Origin: an uncultured bacterium
GTDB taxonomy: Bacteria > Zixibacteria > MSB-5A5 > CAIYYT01
DNA: 64,000 bases
NCBI GenBank assembly: GCA_963698225.1
Contig: CAVOPW010000004.1
Coordinates: forward strand, 386,959 to 450,958
Direction of reading: 5' to 3'
The notes under the pieces: generated by a model
What the model was told of the DNA's origin: nothing
Databases searched by the model: none
Seen by the model: only the letters and a program-made list of their open reading frames with translations
Program-made: the position numbers and the translations under genes
Part shown: positions 19,147-30,008 of the stretch, piece by piece
How positions within the stretch are numbered: position 1 is the first letter of the stretch
How the letters are laid out: every line of letters begins with the position of its first letter

Positions 19147-19669
19147 CTACACCACCGGCGCCGGCATCCCATAATTGCCCCATTCCTCAAGCGATGGACC
19201 GTAAATCCCCGGTATCTTCAATCCGGCCTGGCGCATCAATACGGTCATCTGCCCGCGATGATGAACTTCATGGCCGATCAGCACAAACAGCGTAAAACTG
19301 CGCGTCCACATCGAGCCGTACATGTCGTCTTCCTGTAGCAGCGTCTCATCTTTCCAGTTCTTCTTAATCGTTGCCAATAACGAAGTCGCGGCTTTGTCGT
19401 ACGCCTGCTGAATGGCGGCGGCGCTGGAGGGCACGGGGGCGTGTTCATCCGGAGCTTCGATCTTCAATCCCAAACGCGTCGGCATCTCGCCCATCGTCTG
19501 GATGATGTGCCAGGCCATTCGTCCCAAAGTCCGGTGGTCTTTGGCAACCGACTGACCTAGCGATGCGTCTGTCAATGCTCCGAAGTATCTTCCGCGTTGC
19601 CTTGGTCTCGTTGTTCCACCAATTCTCGAAATCCGCGATTGTGCGAATCAGTACAAAGCCTTCTGCCAT
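19147..19669 (-). CDS. DinB-family protein, frame disruption near 19571-19585
   Basis: ATG 19669 gives MAEGFVLIRTIADFENWWNNETKATRKILRS, continued in another frame by (L)TDASLGQSVAKDHRTLGRMAWHI...GHEVHHRGQMTVLMRQAG (ORF 19147..19575). Confidence 0.6.
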
Positions 19670-19819
19670 AATGTCTCCTTGGCGACTCTTAGTCGCAACG
19701 GTCTGTAGGTTCAGCAAATATCTATGGGTAAAATCGACGTTTGGTGGCTCGTCGTCAATCACATTTCCGGCAGTCGCTTTTCGGTTGCGCGGAAGCTGTT
19801 CGGGGAATATATTCCGTCC

Positions 19820-19904
19820 GGAGAGTTGGCAGAGCGGTCGATTGCGGCGGTCTTGAAAACCGTTGTCCTGCAAGGGACCGGGGGTTCGAATCCCTCACTC
19901 TCCG
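19820..19904 (+). tRNA. tRNA-Ser (anticodon UGA), class II with a long variable arm
   Basis: Acceptor GGAGAGT pairs with ACTCTCC. Anticodon stem GCGGT/ACCGT with loop CTTGAAA. 15-nt variable arm. T-arm GGGGG-TTCGAAT-CCCTC. Discriminator G. No encoded CCA. Confidence 0.9.
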
Positions 19905-19936
19905 AATTAATTATTCCTCATAGTCCGCATTGCCGA

Positions 19937-20422
19937 TTAGTGACCCTTATGTTCTTCCTTCATCGGTTCAGCCTTCTTGTCTGCGGCGGCATCCATCTTC
20001 TTCAAAAACTTCTGAGGGTCAGCTTTGAACGACTTCTCGCATTTACTGCAACAGAAGTAAATTCTCCGGCCTTCGAAGTCGGTAAATACTGCTGAATCCT
20101 CCAACGCCTCACCCGAAACGGGGCACTTGCTCTGGATGTTTTCGAAAAGCACGCCGTCGGCTGCAGCTTTCTTGAAGTATGTATCAGGATCAGCTTTGAG
20201 CTTCTTTGAACACATCGGGCAGCAGTAATAGACGCGTTGGCCTTGAATATCAGTATATGCTGTCGAGTCGATCGGCTTGCCCATGACGGGACAAAGTGTT
20301 TGCGGTTTCAACTCCTTCGAAGTCTTTGTGGCTGGCGTCTTGTCCTCGGCGTGAAGTGACGCAGCGGATGCAACGATAAATGCGGCAACCAGGGTCGTCG
20401 CGATTCTTCTCATCATGGTCAT
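19937..20422 (-). CDS. secreted protein with two YHS (TRASH-like) metal-binding domains
   Basis: 161 aa with a signal peptide. Two copies of CPV.G....(R.YYCC..C..K...DP..F). Divergent from the cusCBA-like operon. Confidence 0.7.
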   Translation of the reverse strand: MTMMRRIATTLVAAFIVASAASLHAEDKTPATKTSKELKPQTLCPVMGKPIDSTAYTDIQGQRVYYCCPMCSKKLKADPDTYFKKAAADGVLFENIQSKCPVSGEALEDSAVFTDFEGRRIYFCCSKCEKSFKADPQKFLKKMDAAADKKAEPMKEEHKGH

Positions 20423-20587
20423 CTGATTCTCCTAAATAGATGTTATTTTTTGCTCGAACTTCGAGTTTTCGTTCATCAGGCATACCATCAAATACCGTGC
20501 CGCGATCTCCCTAATGTGTAAGTTATTCAATGACAATATCTTTTGCCGCCATCAATGGAAGCATCGTCTGACTTGGCGACCTATGAT

Positions 20588-20603
20588 TGGAGAATATTCT
20601 CCA
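20588..20603. promoter_or_regulatory. perfect 16-bp palindrome TGGAGAATATTCTCCA in the divergent YHS / cusC intergenic region (candidate operator)
   Basis: Read directly from the sequence. Lies 166 nt upstream of the YHS start and 205 nt upstream of the cusC-like ATG 20809. Confidence 0.35.
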
Positions 20604-20808
20604 GCACTGAAGACTATTCTCCGTTCTTCTACAGCCGGCACCGCGGAACGGCCAAGTTTGCAATTGGTGAAACTGGCAGTAATCGATTCATCCACAGCAT
20701 CTTCCGAGAGTTCGGATTGATAGTCTTGCCAATATCCCGTTCTTGGCACGGTTTTCTCTACTACAGATCCAGGTGAATACTAAAGAGCGAATGGAAACAG
20801 GTAGGAAA

Positions 20809-22257
20809 ATGAAACCGGTTTCCCTCATCGCGGCCACGGCAGCCGCGACTATGACAATCATAAATCATAAGCTTGTGTTACCGGGAGGATATAGCGTGCG
20901 AAGTTGGGCAGTAACAATTCTAGCCGCAATGATATCAGCAATGGTCATGCCTGGCCTGTCGACACTCCACGCTCAGGGAACCGCCGGGGACTTATCAAGC
21001 GTTGGAACTACCGCTGCAAGGGTACTAAGTTTAAATCAGATCGTTGAGGAAGTTGTGAAAAACAACGATCGCGTCGCGGCCGCGCGCTTCATGGCCGATG
21101 CCGCTGAACGCAAGATCGGTCCGGCCGGGGCGTGGAAAGACCCTATGCTCATGCTCGGTATTCAAAGTGTGCCGACCAATTTTGATTTCCAGATGGACGA
21201 CATGACAATGAAGATGATCGGACTGAGCCAGGAGATTCCCTATGCCGGCTTCAAGGGCTATGCAAAGAAAGCCGCGCGGGCTGATGCCGCAGTTGCTCGG
21301 GCTGAAGCACACTCGATCACTATCGATCTTGTAACCGTTGCGAAGTCAGCCTACATCGATCTCTACTATCGGCGGCTCAACCTTGCCGAATTAGTTCGAC
21401 AGAGTCATCTGCTCGAGCAAGTAGTTTCTGCGAGTACGGCAAGACTGAGAACGAGTGAGGCCGGACAGGAGGAGGTCCTGGCCGCGCAAGCCGATCTCTG
21501 GCGCACTGAATCGATGATTTTGTCCGCGGAGCAAGAAGTTATCGAGGCTACTCAAAATCTGAATAGCCTGAGGGGAGCTGACGCCGTCGACACGGCATTC
21601 CAGATGACTCCGCCTGACCCTCCCTTTGTGCCCGATTCACCTGCCCAATGGCTGGCAGGCGCTGAAGAGAATTACCCTGATTTCCAAAAACTACGGCACC
21701 AGTCAGAGAGCTACAGCTTATCCGCAGCCGCGATGAAAAGAATGCAGTGGCCGATGCTTGATGTCAGCGGCAGCTACGGAATTCGTTCGGGATACAAAAT
21801 GGGCGGCGACGGCATGCCGGAAAAGCGCGACAATATGGTCAGCTTTGGCGTTACCCTGTCGCTGCCGTTATTCGAGGGACATCAACAAGGACAAGCTGCC
21901 CGCTCAATGGTTGCGATGAAAATGGCCTCACTTGGAGAGGCTCGACAGCTCCAGCGCGACGTCAACGCCAAGCTCGTTACACTTCATGAACGCGCCAAAC
22001 GTCTCAGCCTGAGCCTGGCGCTTTATCGTGACCGAATCCTGCCGACCACCGAGGACGCCTATCGCACTGCCTTGAGTGGCTACGCCAGCAACCGCACCGA
22101 TTTCATTGCGCTGTTGACGTATGCAACTGCCGTCTATCGTGACCGAGTTACGGTCAATGAACTGGCGAACGCTCTTGCTCAAACTCTGATTGAAGCAGAA
22201 CGATATACAACAAACACCGGCGAGCTTCCAATGAAGTCGTCTTCACCAACAAAGTAA
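20809..22257 (+). CDS. TolC-family outer-membrane efflux protein (CusC-like)
   Basis: ORF 20743..22257. Start chosen at MKPVSLIAATAAA (ATG 20809), after AGGTAGGAAA. Two-repeat TolC/OEP architecture. First gene of the efflux operon. Confidence 0.75.
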   Translation: MKPVSLIAATAAATMTIINHKLVLPGGYSVRSWAVTILAAMISAMVMPGLSTLHAQGTAGDLSSVGTTAARVLSLNQIVEEVVKNNDRVAAARFMADAAERKIGPAGAWKDPMLMLGIQSVPTNFDFQMDDMTMKMIGLSQEIPYAGFKGYAKKAARADAAVARAEAHSITIDLVTVAKSAYIDLYYRRLNLAELVRQSHLLEQVVSASTARLRTSEAGQEEVLAAQADLWRTESMILSAEQEVIEATQNLNSLRGADAVDTAFQMTPPDPPFVPDSPAQWLAGAEENYPDFQKLRHQSESYSLSAAAMKRMQWPMLDVSGSYGIRSGYKMGGDGMPEKRDNMVSFGVTLSLPLFEGHQQGQAARSMVAMKMASLGEARQLQRDVNAKLVTLHERAKRLSLSLALYRDRILPTTEDAYRTALSGYASNRTDFIALLTYATAVYRDRVTVNELANALAQTLIEAERYTTNTGELPMKSSSPTK

Positions 22258-22281
22258 CAAAGAAGACTGGGGATATAATTC

Positions 22282-23958
22282 ATGACTGATCAATCAGAAC
22301 GCTATGAACCCAACGAGCACGAGCCGTTGCCCGAAGGGGAAGAAGCGCCGCCTCCATTCGTCCGCACAATGGCGATCGTTCGCTGGATACTGCTCGGCGG
22401 GATGACGATCTTCGCCTTCATAATGGTGCTGCACTATTTTGAACTGACTCCGTGGGCAAATGCCGATACGGGTTCCAAGCAATACCACTGCCCGATGCAT
22501 CCGACTTATGTAAGCAGCCAGCCGGGCGAATGTCCGATATGCGGGATGAACCTGGTGGTAATCGACGCCAGCGGCCACGAGACGGCGGCAAGTGCTGACA
22601 CAACTCAAATGACTATGGACCAAGCCGGTCATTCGACCGCCGCAAAACCGGGGCAGTATACTTGTCCTATGGATCCGGAGGTCATATCGGATACTCCCGG
22701 AAGGTGTCCCACATGTGGGATGTATCTGGAACAACTTCCTCCTGCCGCGGCGGGAAAATACACTTGCCCGATGGACCCGGAAATTGTCCAAGATGGTCCC
22801 GGCGAATGCTCAATGTGTGGTATGGACCTCGTTCCGATGACAATGGCAACTGACGCACCGGTTGAACAAGCTGATCACGGAGTCGGCGGTGCCGGTGGAC
22901 TCGGTTCAGCGCCGGTGCCCGGACTCGTGCCCGTGACCATTGAACCGCAACGACTGCAACTGATCGGGATCCGGACCGAGAAAGTCGCGACGCGGCAAAT
23001 TGACGACGAGCTGCGGCTGGTCGGCTATATAACTCCCGATGAATCCAGGGTGTCCAATGTGCACGTCCGCATTAGCGGATGGGTGCAGCAGTTGTTTGTT
23101 AATGAGACAGGACAGGCGGTCCGAAAAGGCCAGCCGTTGATGTCCATCTATAGTCAAGAAGTATACGAAGCGGAACAGAATCTCATCCAGGCGGCAGCGA
23201 GATCGACACAGCCATCAAATGACTCGTTGTTGACGGCAACACGCCTTGAGCTCTTGAATGCAGCGCGGGAGCGACTCGAACTGCTGGGAGTTCCGGCTGA
23301 AGAAATCGCCGAAACGTTGAAACGAGGCGTAGCAGTACCCAGTCTTTCACTCAGAAGCCCGTTCGCCGGAGTGGTCTTGGAGAAGACCGCGTACCAAGGC
23401 GGCTTTGTTGCGCCCGATCAGAATCTGTTTACCATTGCCGACCTCTCGACTGTCTGGATTCTCGCAGATGTTTATGAACAAGACTTGAGTAAGGTAAAGG
23501 TCGGTGCTGATGCAGCAGTCAGCGTGGACGCATTCCCCGGTAGATCCTTTACCGGGACTATTCAGTTTATTTATCCCACTGTGTCGGGGAAAACACGCAC
23601 TGGAAAGGTGAGAATAGTACTGCGCAACCCCGATCTTGAATTGCATCCGGGAATGTACGGGTCAGTTCGGGTGACTAATCTGCAAGGTGCAACGCTGGCG
23701 ATATCCAGTGAGGCATTGATGGATGGCGGCGACTTGAAATACGCCTTTGTCGTACATGAGGGTAAGCACTTCGAACCACGGTTGCTTACAGTCGGCCGGC
23801 GCACTGACAATTGGGTGGAAGTCCTTTCGGGCCTGCGCGAGGGCGAAATGGTCGTTACCAGCGCCAATTTTCTTATCGACTCCGAGAGTCGCCTCAAGGC
23901 CGCAATTGCCGGAATGGGAAGCACAAGTGCTGACGCGCACGCCGGGCACGGAAAATAG
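22282..23958 (+). CDS. RND efflux periplasmic adaptor (CusB-like) with three N-terminal CxxC heavy-metal-binding modules
   Basis: 558 aa. Three modules: YHCPMHP..PGECPICGMNL, YTCPMDP..PGRCPTCGMYL and YTCPMDP..PGECSMCGMDL. These are followed by an HlyD/MFP barrel-sandwich body. Confidence 0.8.
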   Translation: MTDQSERYEPNEHEPLPEGEEAPPPFVRTMAIVRWILLGGMTIFAFIMVLHYFELTPWANADTGSKQYHCPMHPTYVSSQPGECPICGMNLVVIDASGHETAASADTTQMTMDQAGHSTAAKPGQYTCPMDPEVISDTPGRCPTCGMYLEQLPPAAAGKYTCPMDPEIVQDGPGECSMCGMDLVPMTMATDAPVEQADHGVGGAGGLGSAPVPGLVPVTIEPQRLQLIGIRTEKVATRQIDDELRLVGYITPDESRVSNVHVRISGWVQQLFVNETGQAVRKGQPLMSIYSQEVYEAEQNLIQAAARSTQPSNDSLLTATRLELLNAARERLELLGVPAEEIAETLKRGVAVPSLSLRSPFAGVVLEKTAYQGGFVAPDQNLFTIADLSTVWILADVYEQDLSKVKVGADAAVSVDAFPGRSFTGTIQFIYPTVSGKTRTGKVRIVLRNPDLELHPGMYGSVRVTNLQGATLAISSEALMDGGDLKYAFVVHEGKHFEPRLLTVGRRTDNWVEVLSGLREGEMVVTSANFLIDSESRLKAAIAGMGSTSADAHAGHGK

Positions 23959-23970
23959 GAATACAAGATT

Positions 23971-26900
23971 ATGATATCAGCCATCATCGACTACTGTGCG
24001 CGGAACAAAACCGTTGTCTTCATTGCCACTGTCTTTGCATTGTTGGGCGCCTGGTACTCAATCAAGAATATCCCTCTCGACGCTATTCCCGACCTCTCCG
24101 ACACGCAGGTAATTCTCTGGTCGGAATGGATGGGACGCAGCCCTGATCTTGTCGAAGACCAGGTCACCTACCCGATTGTCACGGCGCTCTTGGCCGCTCC
24201 GCATGTTACGGCCGTGCGCGGTTTTTCGATGTTCGGGATGTCATTTGTCTACGTCATCTTTGAGGACGGGACCGACATCTACTGGGCGCGCAGTCGCGTC
24301 ATGGAATACATGAAGCAATTCGAAGGCAAACTGCCGCCCGGAGTGTCTCCGGTTATCGGCCCTGACGCCACGTCCGTAGGATGGGTTTTCCAATACGCGC
24401 TGATTGATTCCTCGGGCAAACATGATCTCGCTGAAATGCGCACTTTTCAGGATTTCAATCTGCGTTACGCCCTCGCCGCAGTTCCGGGAGTCGCCGAAGT
24501 AGCGTCGATTGGCGGTTATCAGAAACAATACCAGGTCGAGATTGAGCCCGAGCGGCTGAAAGCTTATGGTCTTTCGATCTCGGATGTTGCCCGCGCGATT
24601 CGCGCCAGTAACAATGATGTCGGTGGGCGAGCGATCGAATTAACCGGCAGAGAGTACTACGTCCGCGGCCGGGGCTACATCAAGGATCTCGATGCTCTCC
24701 GCGATATCAGTCTCGGCAACAGCGCGACCGGTACTCCGATTCTGCTCGGCAATATTTCGCGTATTAGCTTCGGTCCCGACATCCGCCGTGGCGTCGGCGA
24801 TTTCGACGGCATCGGGGAAGCGGTCGGCGGTGTCGTGGTCATGCGCTTCGGTGAAAATGCACTCGACGTTATCGAACGAATCAAGGCGAAATTGGACGAA
24901 CTCAAGGCAACGTTCCCTCCGGGGATTGAGGTCAAGATCGTTTATGATCGCAGCAACCTGATTGACCGGGCTATCGGTACGCTGAAAAGGAGCCTGCTTG
25001 AAGAGGGAATTGTCGTAGCGCTTGTCATCATCATTTTCCTGCTCCACTTCGGCAGTTCGCTGGTCCCCATCCTCGTGATGCCGATAGCCGTCGCGCTCGC
25101 GTTCATTCCTATGCACATTCTCGGAATCAACTCCAATATTATGAGCCTCGGCGGAATCGCCATTGCGATCGGCGCCATGGTCGATTCGACAATTGTGCTT
25201 GTGGAAAACGCTCACAAACGGCTGGAAATGGCCTCGGGAACCGCGAGCAAGAAGGAAATAATCATCGCGGCCTGCAAGGAAGTCGGACCGTCGATATTTT
25301 TCGCGCAGTTGATTATCACAATTGGCTTCTTGCCCATCTTCGCGTTGACGGGGCAAGGCGGGAAACTCTTCGCACCATTGGCCTTCACCAAAACTTTCGC
25401 GATGTTTTTCTCGGCCATTGCCGCCATTACCATCGCGCCGGCCTTGATGATGATATTCTTGCGCGGCAAGATTCATCGGGAATCAAAGCACCCGGTCTCA
25501 AAACTCCTGATCGCAATTTACAAGCCGTTTGTGTTCGTCGCCCTGAGAAATCCCAAGACGACCATTGCCATCGGTATAATGGCGATCCTCTCTGCCCTTC
25601 CCATGCTCCCGAAAATTGGCTCGGAATTCATGCCTCCCCTCAACGAGGGGGACATCCTCTATATGCCGACGACATTTCCCAACATCTCCATCGAAGAGGC
25701 GAAGCAGAGCATGCAATTTCAGGATCGTGTGATCCGTTCATTCCCGGAGGTCGTGTCTGTCTACGGCAAAGCGGGTCGAGCAGAGACTCCGACCGACCCG
25801 GCTCCTTTGAGCATGCTGGAAACGATCATACAGCTGAAACCCCGTGAGGAGTGGCGCAAAGTTCGCGCAAGAACGCTGGTATTCAAGTTGGGCTCCGGAA
25901 TTCGCCAAGAAGGCTCTGCGGCCGATTTGGCCGGAGGAGCGCACGATTGACTGGCAAGAGTTAATCGCCGAGTTTGATAAGGCCATGCAGATGCCGGGCT
26001 GGACCAATGCTTGGACGATGCCGATCAAGACCCGCATCGATATGCTCTCAACGGGCATTCGCACTCCCATCGGAGTCAAGATCTTCGGAAATGATCTTGA
26101 CGAGATCGAACGCATCGGTCAAGACTTGGAGAGGTCGCTGTCAAAGATAGATGGAACGCGCTCCGTTTATTCTGATCGTAACACCGGCGGATTCTTCATC
26201 GACATCGTTCCTGACCGTGCTGAGATCGCTCGATACGGTCTCACGATGCAGGAGGTCCAAGACGTTATCGAGGCTGCGATCGGCGGCATGCCGCTTACAG
26301 TCACTGTCGAGGGACGCAACCGTTTCTCAATCAACCTTCGTTATCCGCGAGACCTGAGACAAGACGTCGAACGTCTGAAGAGTATCGAGATTCCGCTTCC
26401 CGCCGCATCGGACGCTCCGGCTTCCGGAGGAGGAATGGGGATGAGCACTGTGGACGACGCCGATGAGCCGCCAATGTTGGCCAGTTTAGATCCTTTCATG
26501 GATTATCAGGCATTGGGGAAGTCAATTGAGCTTGCACAGATGGACAATATGGGGGGATCGGGTGGCAGTGGTAAAGGGGCCTTCCCCGGCAGTGCAAGCA
26601 GTTCTATGTCCGGGGGACAAACGGGAATGAACTCAAGTCCAAGAATGCCAACGTCACAATCCGGTGCTGGAACGCCGTTTCCGTCGGGTCGTCCACATAT
26701 ACCATTGGGGCAAATTGCGGAAGTCAAGATCGTGGGCGGACCGCCGATGATTCGCGATGAAAACGGCATGCTGGTAGGCTATGTCTACATCGATATGGAT
26801 CAGAACAAGCGAGACATCGGCGGCTATGTCAACGAGGCCAAAGAAGTCGTGAAAAAGGAACTCAACATACCAGCCGGGTACTATCTCAAATGGACCGGGC

Positions 26901-27472
26901 AGTACGAGTTGCTCGAAGTTATGGCCAAGCGGATGAAGATCGTAATCCCGGTCACACTGATCTTGGTCATTCTCCTGCTTTACATGAATTTCCGCAATAT
27001 CACGGAGACGCTGATTGTGCTCGCTTCGGTGCCATTTGCCCTCGTCGGTAGTATCTGGCTCATGTACTTCCTCGGTTACAATTACTCGACCGCTACGCTC
27101 GTCGGTATTATTGCTCTGGTGGGGCTGGCAACTCAGACGGGCATTGTGATGGTCTTGTACCTTGATCATGCTTACGAAAAGCGTAAGAAAGCCGGCATGA
27201 TCCGTGACCTCAATGATATCATCTGGGCGCACATGGAAGGAACTGTCTTGCGAGTGCGACCCAAGTTAATGACAGTAACAACGACGGTGATCGGCTTGGT
27301 TCCGCTCCTCTGGGCGACCGGCACGGGTGCGGATGTGATGAAGCGAATTGCAGCTCCCATGGTCGGCGGCTTGATCAGCTCGACGTTTCTGACCTTGGAA
27401 ATAATTCCCGTGGTTTACACCTATTGGCGACTTTGGCAGATCAAGCACGAGAAAACCGACGGACCTCCTTAG
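23971..27472 (+). CDS. CusA/CzcA-family heavy-metal RND transporter, frame disruption near 25855-25875
   Basis: ORF 23971..25950 (..ETIIQLKPREEWRKV) continues as ERWYSSWAPEF...MPGWTNAWTMPIKTRIDMLSTGIRTPIGVKIFG in ORF 25844..27472. The joined length is about 1165 aa. Confidence 0.9.
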
Positions 27473-27758
27473 ATCCGAAACGGTTTTCAGGAGCGCACCG
27501 CCAAACACCGAGGCATCACTCCAGCTTTCGGGCGTTCCTCTTAGCCGACATGCACTTATAGATCGACGAGACCTCGTCCGGGTGCCAACAGTCTATTCTG
27601 GGGGCAAGAGAGCACAAATGCCGATTCCCCTTGACTAACGTCGATATTTCTATAGATTTACAGAGGCTTCCAGTAATCTGAACACGCCAATACTGTCCAA
27701 TCTGATATGGACAAGTTCGGCCGTTGATTGATATGGATCTGACAGGGAGAGAGGCCTC

Positions 27759-29014
27759 TTGAGAATCGCTATTGTCATGTTGTTCATCCCGGCGCTGTCA
27801 CTTCAGGTGAGTGCAGCGACCATCCGCATCCCTTTAGATCAGCCGACGATACAGGCGGGGATCAACGCGGCGTTCAATAATGACACCGTTCTGGTCGTAG
27901 CCGGTACCTATCTGGGGGACGGCAACCGCGACCTCGACTACGGAGGTAAACTCATTGTCGTCAAGTCCGAGAGTGGCCCGGAACTGACGATTATCGACTG
28001 CCAGGCCGACTCGTCAGCCAAGCACAATGCGTTTTATTTCCAGAAGCGGCGAGGATTCCACCGCCGTGCTTGACGGCTTCACTATTATGCACGCTTTTTC
28101 AGACAAACTTGGTGCAGTGAATTGTGAACTGTCGGCACCGACTATCCGCAATTGCATCATTACCGAAAACCTGCGCAGCGGAATCTATCTCTATAACGGG
28201 TTCGGCATGGTGCTGCAAAACTGCATCATCTCCAAGAACGCCATCGATGGTGTGGAGTTCAGCTATTGTCGTGTCTGGGTGACAGAGTGCACAGTTGACA
28301 GTAACCAGATGGGAGGTATCATCGCCTACAACAACACTGCCCTCAACCTCACCAATAGTCAGATGATTGGCAACGGCTCCATCGGCCTCGTTCACGTAGC
28401 ATTTACCACCAAGGCGTATATCGCCAATTGCACCTTCGTCCGGAATCGAGTCGGTTTTTTTCTCGACGGTGATTTCCCGAAAAACCAGACGTCTGATCTC
28501 GCTCAGCCTCGAAAGAACGACCGTAACGAATTCGATTTTCGCTTTTAACACCGAATACGGATTCGAGGTCGGGTAGTTTGCCTGCGGCTTTAACGCCTAC
28601 TGCAACGACTGGTATGGCAATTCCAATGGCAACTTCCACACGCAAAGTACTGGCTGTCCTTTCGATACCAGCAGCAATATTTCCGCTAATCCGCTTTTCT
28701 GCGGAACGACGGGCAACGAATACAGTATTGCCGCGCAATCGCCCTGTGCACCGGCCGGTAACTCCTGCGAAGCCCTGATGGGAAGATACCAGCCCGCCTG
28801 CACGGTTGTTCCGATTCATGGCGATGCCAATGGCGATGGCTCGGTGAATATTTCCGACGCGGTATATCTGATCAGTTACATCTTCTCGGGAGGGCCGGCA
28901 CCGAATCCACTTCTATCTGGCGATGCCGACTGCAGTGGAGCTATCAGCATATCGGATGCGGTGTATTTGATCAATTACATCTTTGCCGGAGGACCGCCGC
29001 CGTGCGAAGGGTAG
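27759..29014 (+). pseudogene. secreted right-handed beta-helix repeat protein with C-terminal dockerin-like module; 2 frameshifts and 1 in-frame TAG
   Basis: TTG start and signal peptide. Frame changes near 28045-28060 (AFYFQ to SGEDSTAVLDGFTI) and near 28480-28500 (..DGDFP.. to LISLSLERTTVTNSIFAFN). In-frame TAG at 28574-28576. Tail: [59 protein letters not shown]. Confidence 0.6.
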
Positions 29015-29161
29015 GTGGCGTTTAACAGTTGAATTCCGAAATGGTTTGACGGAATAAGCTAACCGACTTGGCTACTCATAACCGGTTAGACGTTCCAAGG
29101 ATTGAGCAGTTGGCAAAACGAACTTATGGGCATGATGAATGGAATCATAGATCGGAGGCGG

Positions 29162-29839
29162 ATGTTGAGATGGATGGTAGTCCTTCTCATGGCACTGGGT
29201 TTTACCGGTGACGTGTCGGCACAGCAAAAGAGTATCTCCTGGAAAGCCCAACAAATCAACGAGTCAAAGTTCTTTCTGATGACTGACTTCGGATTTGATT
29301 TCCCCCTCCAGGGCAATGATACTCCCGGGTATGTTAGTAATTCGAATTTTGATCTGGTCTGGTCGCTGGGGATCATGCGCAATATCACTAGGGGTGTGGC
29401 TATCGGATTGGCCATTGAGGGTACGACCGAAAAGATCGACTTTCCCATCGCGCTAAAGGGCCGCATTAAGACGTGGCTCAATCGAGACATCTGTCTCGAT
29501 ATCGGCTTCGGTCGCACCATCACGGCATTTGACAATGAGGACATAGGAAGGCGCACGCCAGTTTTTTTTGGAATTCCCCCGTCGCGATTGGACGGTTCCG
29601 GGACCACTGTTGATATGGCGGTCTCACTCAACAATTGGGCCGGGCTCTATCTTCGTCATGTTTCACTTCCGTATTGGACTATTGAGTACGATTACAATTC
29701 CACCGAACCGATCGGAAGAACGCACAAGATCAAGAACCTTCACGGCGGAGTCCGTTTTCAACATCGACTGGGTCTGGCGACGGGCTTGATCGTGCCAATC
29801 AGCTATCTGGTCCACGCCTTAGTCGAAGCGCGGAAGTAA
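29162..29839 (+). CDS. hypothetical secreted / outer-membrane protein
   Basis: ORF 29102..29839. Signal peptide MLRWMVVLLMALGFTGDVSAQQ, then alternating beta-strand-like sequence. No family recognised. Confidence 0.35.
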   Translation: MLRWMVVLLMALGFTGDVSAQQKSISWKAQQINESKFFLMTDFGFDFPLQGNDTPGYVSNSNFDLVWSLGIMRNITRGVAIGLAIEGTTEKIDFPIALKGRIKTWLNRDICLDIGFGRTITAFDNEDIGRRTPVFFGIPPSRLDGSGTTVDMAVSLNNWAGLYLRHVSLPYWTIEYDYNSTEPIGRTHKIKNLHGGVRFQHRLGLATGLIVPISYLVHALVEARK

Positions 29840-30008
29840 GCGCCGGAGTCATGGAGAGGAGTCTGCAATTGCCGCGCGATGGGAGTCACAGCCGGATTTG
29901 GACGACCGCGTTGCTAAGCTTCAACTGAAAAACGGCTGGTGCCCACACAAAAGGCAGACTAACATGCATTGTTTTCATGAAATACACATATTACGGAGTA
30001 ACTAAAAA

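Noticed and set aside
19905-27760. The Cus cluster as a tRNA-Ser-integrated mobile island with att repeats.
   Set aside because: There is no integrase or recombinase. I found no convincing direct repeat of the tRNA 3' end at the distal boundary (27473-27760); there is only a weak CATCACTCC resemblance. It is kept only as a low-interest context note.
28574-28576. In-frame TAG as possible stop-codon recoding (pyrrolysine or reassignment).
   Set aside because: TAG terminates well-supported genes in the same window (mreC, the carrier protein, the aminotransferase). The same gene also carries two frameshifts, so a simple lesion or error is more likely.
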